From sequence record NC_042136.1: 64,000 nucleotides of DNA; one strand, 5' to 3'. A program made the translations under genes and the position numbers. Shown here in pieces: positions 1 through 9,589 of the stretch. Below the pieces are notes generated by a model, which made no database searches, had not been told where the DNA came from, and saw only the letters and a list, made by a program, of their open reading frames with translations. How positions within the stretch are numbered: position 1 is the first letter of the stretch; the number at the start of each line of letters is the position of its first letter.

Positions 1-276
1 ATGGATAAAATGGTAAACCGTGTTCGTGTGGAGAAAAAAGCGTTCTCTATGGATCGTTTGTTCGTCCACACTCAACATAAAGAAGTGCGTGCGGCTAAGA
101 CCGATGCTTACATCCAGAAACACATCACTTTGATGTCTGCGGTTGTGACACTTGGTCGTAACCTACGTGATCGTCAACGTGTGGGTCGTCAAGTAGATAT
201 CGTGACACTGACTAAGGGTTACCACCCTAAAGCAGCACAAAACCTACAAAACTATTTCACTAAAACCTACGGTTAA
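1..276 (+). CDS. hypothetical protein (may be 5'-truncated by the window edge)
   Basis: 91-aa ORF with phage-like codon usage followed by a strong hairpin; no recognisable motif. Confidence 0.6.
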   Translation: MDKMVNRVRVEKKAFSMDRLFVHTQHKEVRAAKTDAYIQKHITLMSAVVTLGRNLRDRQRVGRQVDIVTLTKGYHPKAAQNLQNYFTKTYG

Positions 277-292
277 TTTACATCCGATCATA

Positions 293-327
293 ATAACTAC
301 TACTCCCTTTGCGGGAGTAGTAGTTAT
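293..327 (+). terminator. intrinsic terminator-like hairpin
   Basis: 15-bp perfect stem ATAACTACTACTCCC/GGGAGTAGTAGTTAT, 5-nt loop, T-rich downstream. Confidence 0.8.
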
Positions 328-337
328 ATCGGTGTTA

Positions 338-385
338 TTTTTAACATACAGTTTATTTCAGATCTATATAGTCTAGGTGTATAAG
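338..385 (+). promoter_or_regulatory. early (virion RNAP-type) promoter block, copy 1 of an identical 48-bp repeat
   Basis: TTTTTAACATACAGTTTATTTCAGATCTATATAGTCTAGGTGTATAAG identical to 50383-50430; contains TTTCA-N3-CTATAT-N7-GTG, similar to the phiKZ early TATATTAC motif. Confidence 0.7.
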
Positions 386-431
386 CATAAGCATGTACTT
401 AAACTATCTAACCTTTATTGAGGAAACTATC

Positions 432-788
432 ATGGAAATGACTAAAACAACTAAAGCACGCCTAGCAACAGTAGCAGCAACAGCAGTTAACGCAACAGTA
501 GCAGCAACTCTATTTGACTCTAAAGCTATCGCGGCTTACCACCTAGTTACTGGTGGTATCCAAACTGCTATGACTGAAGTACCTGACGACTTTGAATACG
601 GTAACAAAGAAATGGCAATCCACACTGGTAGCATGCTAGCAGGTGGTACACTAGCATCATCTCTACTAAAAGTAGTTGGCATGGCAATCGACAAAGCTAC
701 ACTACCTGAAGAAGATGAAGCAACTACAGAAGAAGTGAATCAATTGATCACTGAGCTTACTGGTTTAGAAAACCCAGAAGAAGCATAA
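432..788 (+). CDS. small Ala/Gly/Thr-rich membrane protein with acidic tail (early)
   Basis: ORF track starts at 393; SD GAGGA favours ATG 432; three weakly hydrophobic helices and acidic C-terminus; highly biased codons. Confidence 0.75.
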   Translation: MEMTKTTKARLATVAATAVNATVAATLFDSKAIAAYHLVTGGIQTAMTEVPDDFEYGNKEMAIHTGSMLAGGTLASSLLKVVGMAIDKATLPEEDEATTEEVNQLITELTGLENPEEA

Positions 789-794
789 TAAGAA

Positions 795-828
795 TAACTA
801 CCTACCTCCGAAAGGAGGTAGGTAGTTA
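795..828. terminator. bidirectional terminator hairpin with CCTACC core
   Basis: 15-bp stem TAACTACCTACCTCC/GGAGGTAGGTAGTTA, GAAA loop, between convergent genes. Confidence 0.85.
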
Positions 829-848
829 ACAGTTCTTTATTTTTTTGT

Positions 849-2618
849 CTAAGCTGCTTTCGGTAAAGCCTCACCGAATTCTTCTTCAAAGAGTTCTGGG
901 AAGACTTCTTCCATTTCTTCGAATCCCGGGAAACGATGTAACGTCTGACACAAACTCACCGCATTAGCTTTTGGCGAGGAAGCGTAGTTGACTCCGACTT
1001 CACGGAACTCCAATGGATTCAATCCTTGTATCGCACACGCTTCTATTCTCGTGGTCTTATTCGAAACGTTAAGCGCTACGGTGGCCGTAGGGTATGCACC
1101 CTCCACGTCAACGTCATCGGTTAAACCACGTCCTCTAGAACGTATGTGTGGCATCCCTATGAATATCGCTTTACCGTTATCCGCATTTTTCTCAGTTTCT
1201 AATAAAGCAATCCAATCACCCAATGTCGGTTTATGTTTATCCAATTCATCTTTACCACCACGTCCCTTGGTTCCCCAAATGTAACCATGCTCCGCAGCAA
1301 TGAAAGATAACTCGTTAGAGATACATTTCGGTTGAGATGGATAATCAAAGAACTCCGTAGACTTTAATAGCAATGGTAAGTTCAGTGCAATGTCGTTGGT
1401 TTTCTCATCTTGTTCTTCGATAACCAAGTTATCAGAGATGTTGTACATGCAGTATTCGAACTTAGCATTACGTTGCATCCATCTGTGCCAAGCACCTTTA
1501 CCTTGGGTTAGATGAGACCCTTTATCCGTGTAAAGCTTACCCTCGATGCCGTTGTCTTGTGCAGTGAATTCCAATGAGTAAGATTCTTTCTTACCTTTAG
1601 GAGCATTCTTAATCGCGTAGAAACTAGCACCGTCCAACCACTGCCATTTAGCCGCCGCTCGAACCGTAGGGTATTGCTCTTGCCACTCTAACGGTTGGGA
1701 GTCACCGTTCTCTTTACGTTTGTGAGTACGTCCCTTATCGTATTTGTAGTAATGAAACTCTTTAGGGATACTAGGGTCTGAGTAAACTTCTTCTAGATTA
1801 CGATTACCCATAATCAACGCATGTTCATTACGCTGCATATCGTAGGAAGCGTTCCATGATGAAATGAAATCTGGTTCCCACATATGCCAAACTTTAATGT
1901 TGTTCTCAACACATTCAGTTTGAGTATCCACTAAGTTGTAATGCACCGTAGCGTTACGTCGTCTTAGACGTTCACCGATCAGTTCTTCTTCTGACGCTTT
2001 AAGACCCTTCATGATCTCTTCGTCAGACATACCATCAAAGAAACTACGCACTACGGAGAAAAAGATTTTCTCTTTCATCGTAGTTGAAGCCATGATCACA
2101 TCTTCACCATCACCGTTGACCATATCGGTCTCTACGTCGTACGCAGCTAAGGTGGAAGGTTCAGTTTCTTGGAACTCTTCATAACGTTCAAAGTATTTGT
2201 GTTTGATCAATACTGGAACTGGGGTTTCACAACCAAAGACATAAGGGTTGTTTTTCATCATCATTAAGTCGGCGTTACGATCATTAATACCGTGTAACAC
2301 ACGCTTAATGCTCATCGCTAAACGCGCTTGTGTAGATTTATATTCTTTCACTAAACGTTTATCGATGTAATCTTTTTTCTGTTCGAACTTACGGTATTTT
2401 TCACGAACGATGTAGAATGAACGAACGTAATCCGCCACTTTCAAAAACTGATTGGTACGGTCACCGTTTTCATGGATAGTCGTTTGTTTAATGAACGTCA
2501 TATCCTTAAGCTTGTCTCGTTTTGAAGGAACGTAGACAGCGTGTTTGCACACTTTTCCTTTAACAGGAGATTCGCTCGAAGGCGGCGTGTAACTATAATC
2601 CATTTCAGCCTTCCTCAT
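849..2618 (-). CDS. family B DNA polymerase, N-terminal/3'-5' exonuclease half of a split polymerase (phiKZ gp82-like)
   Basis: ExoI AYDVETD, ExoII SWNASYD, ExoIII-like YNISD, PolB motif A variant DVEGAYPT near the C-terminus; motifs B and C absent. Confidence 0.8.
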   Translation of the reverse strand: MRKAEMDYSYTPPSSESPVKGKVCKHAVYVPSKRDKLKDMTFIKQTTIHENGDRTNQFLKVADYVRSFYIVREKYRKFEQKKDYIDKRLVKEYKSTQARLAMSIKRVLHGINDRNADLMMMKNNPYVFGCETPVPVLIKHKYFERYEEFQETEPSTLAAYDVETDMVNGDGEDVIMASTTMKEKIFFSVVRSFFDGMSDEEIMKGLKASEEELIGERLRRRNATVHYNLVDTQTECVENNIKVWHMWEPDFISSWNASYDMQRNEHALIMGNRNLEEVYSDPSIPKEFHYYKYDKGRTHKRKENGDSQPLEWQEQYPTVRAAAKWQWLDGASFYAIKNAPKGKKESYSLEFTAQDNGIEGKLYTDKGSHLTQGKGAWHRWMQRNAKFEYCMYNISDNLVIEEQDEKTNDIALNLPLLLKSTEFFDYPSQPKCISNELSFIAAEHGYIWGTKGRGGKDELDKHKPTLGDWIALLETEKNADNGKAIFIGMPHIRSRGRGLTDDVDVEGAYPTATVALNVSNKTTRIEACAIQGLNPLEFREVGVNYASSPKANAVSLCQTLHRFPGFEEMEEVFPELFEEEFGEALPKAA

Positions 2619-2685
2619 TTTATGACTGGATTGTATTTAGGTCTAGTATAATGCGCATTGTAGTAAATTTTTAAAGGTAATCCTA

Positions 2686-4020
2686 ATGATTAGTAATAAG
2701 TTTCTAGCACCACAACTTCAAGTAGCTGGTTTAGAATTTATGGATTTCCAATCTAAAGACTTCTTTAACGAGATCGTAGCAGTACTTGCTCCTATGGTTG
2801 TCGACGGACAACTACACGAAGTACCAGCTGCAACTCACCGTGTCATCGAGAAGTACTGTGGATTTGCGAACCTTAAATTCAATCTGATTGACTACGGCAA
2901 CTTAGCCATTGACACTGGCTATGTTTCTCCGGGCAACATCCTTAACTCTAAAGGTATCGAGTATTACTTCCCTAAAGGTCAAACTAACCTTTATCGTTGG
3001 TTTACTCAAAACCAGAGTAATTTGTTACGTGGTTCTATTGATTTCAAAACAGGTAAGGTAGGTGGCGCGTACGCTGAACTGCCATTCGAACTATACATCA
3101 ACACAGATCTACGTTCGTTTATTTCCGGTGACGATCTCGATGACCAAACGATTACAGAAATGCTGGCAGGTTTCTTAACTCATGAGTTAGGTCATGCTTT
3201 CTCTGGCATTTTCGCGATCCACCGTTTCCTAATGGATTCTTACGCAATCACCGCCGCACTCCATTTCTTAAGTCACCAAGAATACGGTCAGACTGAAGTA
3301 GCGATTTACAAAGATGCTTGTCGTTTGATGGAAATCGAAGAGAAGCAAATTAAAGACTTACAGAAGATTGCTGAATCTGGTAATGAAGAAATCATCGTGG
3401 CTTCTCTAACTAAGCTTGCTCAGCAACGCACCCAAATGAACTCCCAATCACTAGGTGTGGATGAGATGAACTCTGAGGTACTGGCGGACGTTTACGCGGT
3501 CCGTATGGGTTGTGATAAACACCTAATCGATGCACTAAAACGTATGGATGATTCTACGTTCGATGGTATTGGTTTGAGTATCCTTTTCAACTCTTTGATG
3601 ACGGCTATTTTCTTTACGGCCTTTGTTCCAGCTCTAGCGGTGTTCTTAGGTGTGTTCGTATTGGCTTCTGGTTTTATGTCATTGATGTTGTTCAACATGA
3701 CCATGAGTTCGGATATTTACGATACTTCTTACCGTCGCTTACTTAACGTTCATCAAGAACAAATTGCTCGTCTTAAACAGAACAAAACGCTATCGGCTAA
3801 TGATCGTCGTAAAATGCTCGCTGATTTGGATAAGAACCTTAAACTCATCAAAGAGAACAAACCGTTCTTCGAAGATACTGCGGTTCAGCGTGTCATGCAA
3901 TGGTTGTTCCAATCATCTACGTCTAACTTCGATGCTTTGGAACACTACACTAAAATCCTGCTTAACAATGAAATGAGTATTGTTAATGCGAAAATTCAAC
4001 AACTTGGTAATGGAGCGTAA
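2686..4020 (+). CDS. probable virion head protein with zincin/M48-like metallopeptidase motifs and membrane segment
   Basis: AGLE-F processing-like site at E17; HELGH at 166-170; SEVLADVYAVRMG (E264); about 45-aa hydrophobic stretch from residue 294. Confidence 0.65.
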   Translation: MISNKFLAPQLQVAGLEFMDFQSKDFFNEIVAVLAPMVVDGQLHEVPAATHRVIEKYCGFANLKFNLIDYGNLAIDTGYVSPGNILNSKGIEYYFPKGQTNLYRWFTQNQSNLLRGSIDFKTGKVGGAYAELPFELYINTDLRSFISGDDLDDQTITEMLAGFLTHELGHAFSGIFAIHRFLMDSYAITAALHFLSHQEYGQTEVAIYKDACRLMEIEEKQIKDLQKIAESGNEEIIVASLTKLAQQRTQMNSQSLGVDEMNSEVLADVYAVRMGCDKHLIDALKRMDDSTFDGIGLSILFNSLMTAIFFTAFVPALAVFLGVFVLASGFMSLMLFNMTMSSDIYDTSYRRLLNVHQEQIARLKQNKTLSANDRRKMLADLDKNLKLIKENKPFFEDTAVQRVMQWLFQSSTSNFDALEHYTKILLNNEMSIVNAKIQQLGNGA

Positions 4021-4022
4021 TA

Positions 4023-4427
4023 ATGTCTCACCTTAATCATATCCTGAAACTAAACTCTAAGTTGGTTGATCAAGGAATCACTAATCCTGAACACCATCAG
4101 TCGGTAACGACTAACGCCGTAGTACGTGCTATCGTAGCTTACACTTACATCACTGGTGGGATTGACGGTCCAGCTATGACTAATGAAGCGGTAGCGCAAA
4201 TGGAACGTACAGTAGAGATGTGGAACGAAGTTTCTCCATTGGACTACGACACGATTTTCGAACGCACTAAAGCTGTGTTCCAACGTCTTTACAACCAAGC
4301 GGTGGCTGGTGGTAAGTTCACTCCTATTCTGGCGGATCAAATCGACGATATTGATCTAATGGAAATTCCTGAGTTCGAAAGTACCTTCAAGGCACTCCTG
4401 AACGAAATGATCGCGTACAACCGCTAA
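4023..4427 (+). CDS. hypothetical protein in virion operon
   Basis: 134-aa ORF tightly coupled to neighbours. Confidence 0.75.
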   Translation: MSHLNHILKLNSKLVDQGITNPEHHQSVTTNAVVRAIVAYTYITGGIDGPAMTNEAVAQMERTVEMWNEVSPLDYDTIFERTKAVFQRLYNQAVAGGKFTPILADQIDDIDLMEIPEFESTFKALLNEMIAYNR

Positions 4428-4436
4428 GGAGCTACC

Positions 4437-5888
4437 ATGAGTAAATCTCCTAATTTCGTTGAGATGGGTACAGCGACTACCGTTGGGGTTGATAATACCG
4501 ATCGTAAGGTTCTTATCGACTTAGACGAGACTTACGACGATCCAACAAACCCAGAAGAAACTAAAGCTTTAGAAGAATACCTAAAAACGGGTAAGCTAAG
4601 CAAGAAGGCTTTACAACAAGCATTGGTTACAGGTACTGAACGTTTTGAACCGGGATGCACGACACTGAATGGTGTCTTGGGTGGTGAATCCTTCATGGAG
4701 AACCTTTCTAAGCGTGCTGGTGAATTTGTTAAGGCGGTAATTAAAGCTATCAATGCTGCCGTTGGTTGGTTTTTGAATCAAACGCGTCGCATTCTGTCTT
4801 TCTTTACCGATACTCGTGAAATCACCAAAGCGGATGAAGTATTGCGTGATATCGAAAGTAAGTTGCAAGAAATGGGCGGGCCTAACTTTAATGTTATCGA
4901 TGTTCGTGAGCTGTTTGAGAATCAACCGGTTAACAGTCGTCGTCTTGCCGTAGTTCACAGTTTGCGTGCCCGCAATGATTCTACTTTAGAAGCGTCTAAG
5001 AAGCTCCTAGAGTGTGTCCCTGCGCTTAAAGAGTTCATCGTTGACATCAACCGTCAAGAACTCAATATCCGTCGTGTGAACGATCGTTTCCGTGCTTCTA
5101 TTGGTAAACTCCGTAAACGAGTACGTGAAGATTCCCTAAGCATGGGTGATCGTGCTAACTGGCAAGCTGATGTCATGGACATGGCAGCTCAAAACTTTAA
5201 CAAGCAGAAACTGCAACGTAACTACGCTAAGTTAATTCAAATCATGACTGATCGTACTTCCGGTAATTTGGATGACGATGCATTGTTTGCGAATTCTACT
5301 AAAGCGATGAGCTCGTTGTTGATCGCCACTAAAGATGACGTTCCTATGGGTGAATTCGCTGAACTCGCCAACGTAGGTAACCAAATCCGCGACATCGTGG
5401 TGGGCAACCCAGATGAGTTTTCTGTTCGACTTGATACGGATGAACTGAAAAAGCTTCAGGACATGGTCAAGCTAGATGACCTAGAGTTCTTGAAGAACAT
5501 CCCGGGACAGGACACTAACGAACTCGTTAACGTTTACCAGATGTACGTTTCTAAAGCAGGAAGTTACATCTCGGTACTTCGTCAGTCTGCGGATGTTGCG
5601 CTTAAGTTCTCAGCAGAGATCAACTACATCGCAGAATGGGCTCAACGTTACCAGTTCTTGCTCAGTGTTTATTCTTTAGGTACTCTTGAACAACGTAAAG
5701 AGCGCATCAAAGAGATCGAAACACAAACCGGTGTACCTTTGAATACTGGTAATCTGGAAGATGTTCCAGAAGACGTACGTCAAGGTATGGATCGCTCCCT
5801 ACAACGTATTTACGATTCGTTACTACCGGGTGTGAAACGTGAGATGAATTCACTTGGACGTAAACTTAACATGAAGGTGAACCTCTAA
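4437..5888 (+). CDS. internal head protein (processed-propeptide family)
   Basis: acidic N-terminal propeptide ending in GGE-SFMENL followed by an amphipathic helix, as in the paralogues at 13-24 kb. Confidence 0.65.
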   Translation: MSKSPNFVEMGTATTVGVDNTDRKVLIDLDETYDDPTNPEETKALEEYLKTGKLSKKALQQALVTGTERFEPGCTTLNGVLGGESFMENLSKRAGEFVKAVIKAINAAVGWFLNQTRRILSFFTDTREITKADEVLRDIESKLQEMGGPNFNVIDVRELFENQPVNSRRLAVVHSLRARNDSTLEASKKLLECVPALKEFIVDINRQELNIRRVNDRFRASIGKLRKRVREDSLSMGDRANWQADVMDMAAQNFNKQKLQRNYAKLIQIMTDRTSGNLDDDALFANSTKAMSSLLIATKDDVPMGEFAELANVGNQIRDIVVGNPDEFSVRLDTDELKKLQDMVKLDDLEFLKNIPGQDTNELVNVYQMYVSKAGSYISVLRQSADVALKFSAEINYIAEWAQRYQFLLSVYSLGTLEQRKERIKEIETQTGVPLNTGNLEDVPEDVRQGMDRSLQRIYDSLLPGVKREMNSLGRKLNMKVNL

Positions 5889-6619
5889 TGATTCGTGATA
5901 TTAATAAACGCTATCGTAAGGTGCGTAACGATGTTCGAGAATACGAACCAACCGTAACGACGTTCAAAGAGAAAATCGATGAATTGTCTGATGCGATGAA
6001 GCGTCCTGTGAGTTACGACACTTTAATGGAGATGTGTAAAATTGCTGAAGCGCTACCTAGTGAAATCCGAGAGGTGAAACTTCGTTGCACTAAAGCACCT
6101 TCCCACATCAATGGTGAACAATTCCGTTATTGTGTCCGTCTTCGTAGCAACAACGGTTTCGTAGACGTAAGTGTCATCAACGAAGGTAATCGTTTGTTAC
6201 ACGCTTACTATGAGTTAGCGGAATTGATGATTAAGTACACCACGGAACATCTTCAAGCAAATCCTAGTGAAACAAACAATCATAAAGCGATTTGTTTGTT
6301 CCGTGACATTGCTCGTTTCCAAACTTACATCGACGGTCCTTACTACGATGACCGAATGGAAATAGACTGGGAACGCATTTCTCCTGATGTGGATTACCTC
6401 ACTAACGGTTACACCATCGAAACCGTTAAGGATCGTATTCTTAACATAGCGAAGCGTGACCAAGTTAAAGGTCTTTACATTTGGAACTTGAAGTGGGATG
6501 TTGATCGTTTGTTGTCTATGGTTAACGCTATGGAGCAACTCATCGCTCGCATCGCTATATTTGGTATCGCTCGATTAGAGCTAACACCAGAGCAACTGGA
6601 TGCTATCGATCCTCAATAA
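5888..6619 (+). CDS. hypothetical protein
   Basis: 243-aa ORF overlapping previous stop (TAATG). Confidence 0.75.
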   Translation: MIRDINKRYRKVRNDVREYEPTVTTFKEKIDELSDAMKRPVSYDTLMEMCKIAEALPSEIREVKLRCTKAPSHINGEQFRYCVRLRSNNGFVDVSVINEGNRLLHAYYELAELMIKYTTEHLQANPSETNNHKAICLFRDIARFQTYIDGPYYDDRMEIDWERISPDVDYLTNGYTIETVKDRILNIAKRDQVKGLYIWNLKWDVDRLLSMVNAMEQLIARIAIFGIARLELTPEQLDAIDPQ

Positions 6620-6626
6620 GCAAATA

Positions 6627-6659
6627 AAGTACTCCTACCCGATAAGGGTAGGAGTACTT
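6627..6659. terminator. bidirectional terminator hairpin with CCTACC core
   Basis: 14-bp stem AAGTACTCCTACCC/GGGTAGGAGTACTT between convergent genes. Confidence 0.85.
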
Positions 6660-6667
6660 ATGTTTTT

Positions 6668-9589
6668 TTATTTATTTTTGTAGTGTGGTAAGAAAGCAAA
6701 CGAAATGGCTTCTTTAACACTGGATACGCCATCACCGGTGTTCTCTAAACGTTTACGAACAGAGAAACTGGTTGTCGTATCTAAGTTGGACACCACATCG
6801 ATTTCGGCGTCATCCGCTAATGCGTTCAAACGTAGGTCAACCACATCATTAGGTAACGCGTCTTTCAGAGCACGAACTATCTCATTGTTAGAAACCGTGG
6901 TGTTTTTCAACATCTGGTTAATAACGTTGGAAGTAATCGACTTAATGGCTGGACGAACCGTATCACTACGAATACCAGCGGGTGTTAAATAGAACACCAC
7001 GTTGAACGACAGATCAGCACGAACTTTAGTTTCGAATTGAGAGTTCATCACCACGTTGATCAAACCAAGTTTCACTTTAGGAGCAAACATCAAATCAGTC
7101 TTATCACGCATTTGACTTTCGAAGTTAGCTAAGTCCTGCATAACGACGTCGGTGATATAAGCTTTGGTTTGTCTAGCGTAGTTTAGATCGTACTCGTCAT
7201 TTGAGAAATGATAGTTGCCATCGAAACAAACGAAGTCCATGTAGTACTTAAGTTGACTAGGAATAAGTTTGATCGGTTGTCCATTTTCATCTTTAACTAA
7301 CGAGTTCTTATAATGCAGTACGATCGGTGAACCATCTTCCGTCGTCATCACGTCGCCAGCTCGGTGTTCCAATACCAAACGATCGTTCTCGAAAACGTAC
7401 TGGTCGTTCTCATCACGTTTAAAGGTATCTTCTGGCCAAGTCTCATAGACGTCTTCTGAATAACGCTTATACTGAGCATCCCCTAACACTGGATGAGCTC
7501 GATGGTATAAGTTTTTCAGAGCCTTACCAAAGATAAGGTCGTAGCCAACTTCAATCAAACACGTCATGTTGTTAGGATATAACGCAGGATCAATCAACAG
7601 ATCTTGTTCTGTTGCTTTCTCACCTTCGGACCCTTCTACCAAGAACAGTACACGGATGTCAGATTTAAGCTCGGCTTTAACACTTGAAATCGGACGACTG
7701 AACATAAACATGTTGGTAAAGGTTATTAGGTCACGTTTATCAACATCGAAGTTAGAATCCAACTCAAATGCCCATACACGGTCATTATCACTGTTACGAC
7801 CCAATACCGTACCTTTCAACGTAGCGATGTCTCTAGAGTCCGCTGGGCTGAAGTAAAGCTGTGCACCGACTTTCTCATCGTTCATCTTACGATAAGCTTC
7901 ATCGCCACGTGTTACCATGATAATGCGGTAGCCACGATCACGATACTCCACTTTAATAGACTGCACTGATAGTTCGATCCCCAAGGTCTCTTTTTCATAC
8001 AAGAAGTTTTGGTTATCATACTTTGGTGTGTCTAATAAATAAGGGCGAACCTTGACAGTACCGCCGGTAACGTCTAACACCGTGTGATACGGTGTGTAGG
8101 TTAACATGCGGTTATTCACGTAATCCAGACGTTCATCATTCGTCATCAAACGGATGGCTTCGATTTGGGTCTTAGGTAAAATACGCGTGCCGGTGTCGGT
8201 AACGTCGAACACGGTACCCGGAGGCATGGTAATGCGTTGTTCGTTATCGTACACCACTCCCGAATTTCGGAGTTCATCCACAGAGTACATAACTTTAGCA
8301 ATGTATGCGTTAACCGTCATTACTGAGTTATCAGCATCAGTGTACGTTGGTAGTTCACGTGTGACTTGATACAAACGGTTGGTGTAAACATCGATCAGTT
8401 TCGTTGCTGAATAACCATAAGCGTTTAAGTAATTACTTAACTGGTTTTCAGAAATAGGAATCGACTGACGACGAGCATTGTTGATGGTTTCGTTCTTGAG
8501 TTCTAAGAACGTACGAGGGTTACTACCACCCGTCACTGCGGTTTGTATTTCCCATGCGGAGTTGTTGACCTCACGTATTGGGGCCGCGTATTTACTCAAC
8601 AAGTCTTTATCATAGTCAAAGTCTAAATACGTAGCGGTATGGGTAAGTGAACGTAACGTACCTAAGTCTTGTTCGTATTCCCCACGAGTCGTGTAAACGA
8701 CTAACGTCAACGTACCTACCCCTTGACCATTATTAATGAAAGTCTCTGGGATAGAATAAACGAATTGTTGGTTATCTTGATCGACGTCTATGGTTAATGT
8801 AACTTCATTTTGGTTAAAGACTTGGTTGTTGTAAGCAATACGAAGTTCACGCGTTTCTCCGTTTGTTGGTTTCAACCAAGCCCGAACTCCAAACAGTTTG
8901 TCTTTGAAGTTATAGGTTTCTTTCAAACCCGCAGATGGAGTAACCGCAATCTTGCGTTTCGTTTCACCCTTTAATTGTTTAACCGGAATATCCACATAAA
9001 GATATTCTTGGTCTAGGATGTTTACCGTACGACGCTCTAGGGAGTTGGTCGTGATGTTGAAATAAGGGTGTTGTGCTTTAGAGTCATAAACGACTTGCAC
9101 ATGTCCTGCTTCCATCAAACGAAACTCAATCGCATGTACTATGCTAAACGGAATGCCGTAGACCTCGATTACTGTATCTTTAGGCATGGTTAGTTTACGA
9201 TAACGGTTTACTACCGTACCAGATTGTTCTTCATACGCTACCGCTAAGCGACGTATTTCAGATACCGGTAAAGAGAAACGCATTACGGCATGGCTCGGAT
9301 TACCAAACAGACCATAAAACTCGTAATCACTCATGTGACGGAATAAGTCTGAAGGTTTACGGGCATGATCACGATACAGACGAGACTCCACATCGCCTAA
9401 TCGGTTGATCAGTCCCGCTGATTCTGAACAGATAGTGTCCAGCGCTCTTACAAAAGGATGAGAAGAACTTTCAAAGGAAACACGTTTCCCAGCGAAAGCT
9501 TCCGCCGTACGGTCTAACACTAACGAGATAGCTCGACTAGGGTTATTCGCAATACGGTTTAGTTCATCATAGGTTAACTCACCGTTCAT
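6668..9589 (-). CDS. baseplate wedge-like virion protein (phiKZ gp87-like)
   Basis: 973 aa, beta-rich; TAVTGGSNPRTFLELK resembles the GG-x-x-x-E-x-x-E-L motif of baseplate J/T4 gp6 proteins; synteny. Confidence 0.55.
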   Translation of the reverse strand: MNGELTYDELNRIANNPSRAISLVLDRTAEAFAGKRVSFESSSHPFVRALDTICSESAGLINRLGDVESRLYRDHARKPSDLFRHMSDYEFYGLFGNPSHAVMRFSLPVSEIRRLAVAYEEQSGTVVNRYRKLTMPKDTVIEVYGIPFSIVHAIEFRLMEAGHVQVVYDSKAQHPYFNITTNSLERRTVNILDQEYLYVDIPVKQLKGETKRKIAVTPSAGLKETYNFKDKLFGVRAWLKPTNGETRELRIAYNNQVFNQNEVTLTIDVDQDNQQFVYSIPETFINNGQGVGTLTLVVYTTRGEYEQDLGTLRSLTHTATYLDFDYDKDLLSKYAAPIREVNNSAWEIQTAVTGGSNPRTFLELKNETINNARRQSIPISENQLSNYLNAYGYSATKLIDVYTNRLYQVTRELPTYTDADNSVMTVNAYIAKVMYSVDELRNSGVVYDNEQRITMPPGTVFDVTDTGTRILPKTQIEAIRLMTNDERLDYVNNRMLTYTPYHTVLDVTGGTVKVRPYLLDTPKYDNQNFLYEKETLGIELSVQSIKVEYRDRGYRIIMVTRGDEAYRKMNDEKVGAQLYFSPADSRDIATLKGTVLGRNSDNDRVWAFELDSNFDVDKRDLITFTNMFMFSRPISSVKAELKSDIRVLFLVEGSEGEKATEQDLLIDPALYPNNMTCLIEVGYDLIFGKALKNLYHRAHPVLGDAQYKRYSEDVYETWPEDTFKRDENDQYVFENDRLVLEHRAGDVMTTEDGSPIVLHYKNSLVKDENGQPIKLIPSQLKYYMDFVCFDGNYHFSNDEYDLNYARQTKAYITDVVMQDLANFESQMRDKTDLMFAPKVKLGLINVVMNSQFETKVRADLSFNVVFYLTPAGIRSDTVRPAIKSITSNVINQMLKNTTVSNNEIVRALKDALPNDVVDLRLNALADDAEIDVVSNLDTTTSFSVRKRLENTGDGVSSVKEAISFAFLPHYKNK

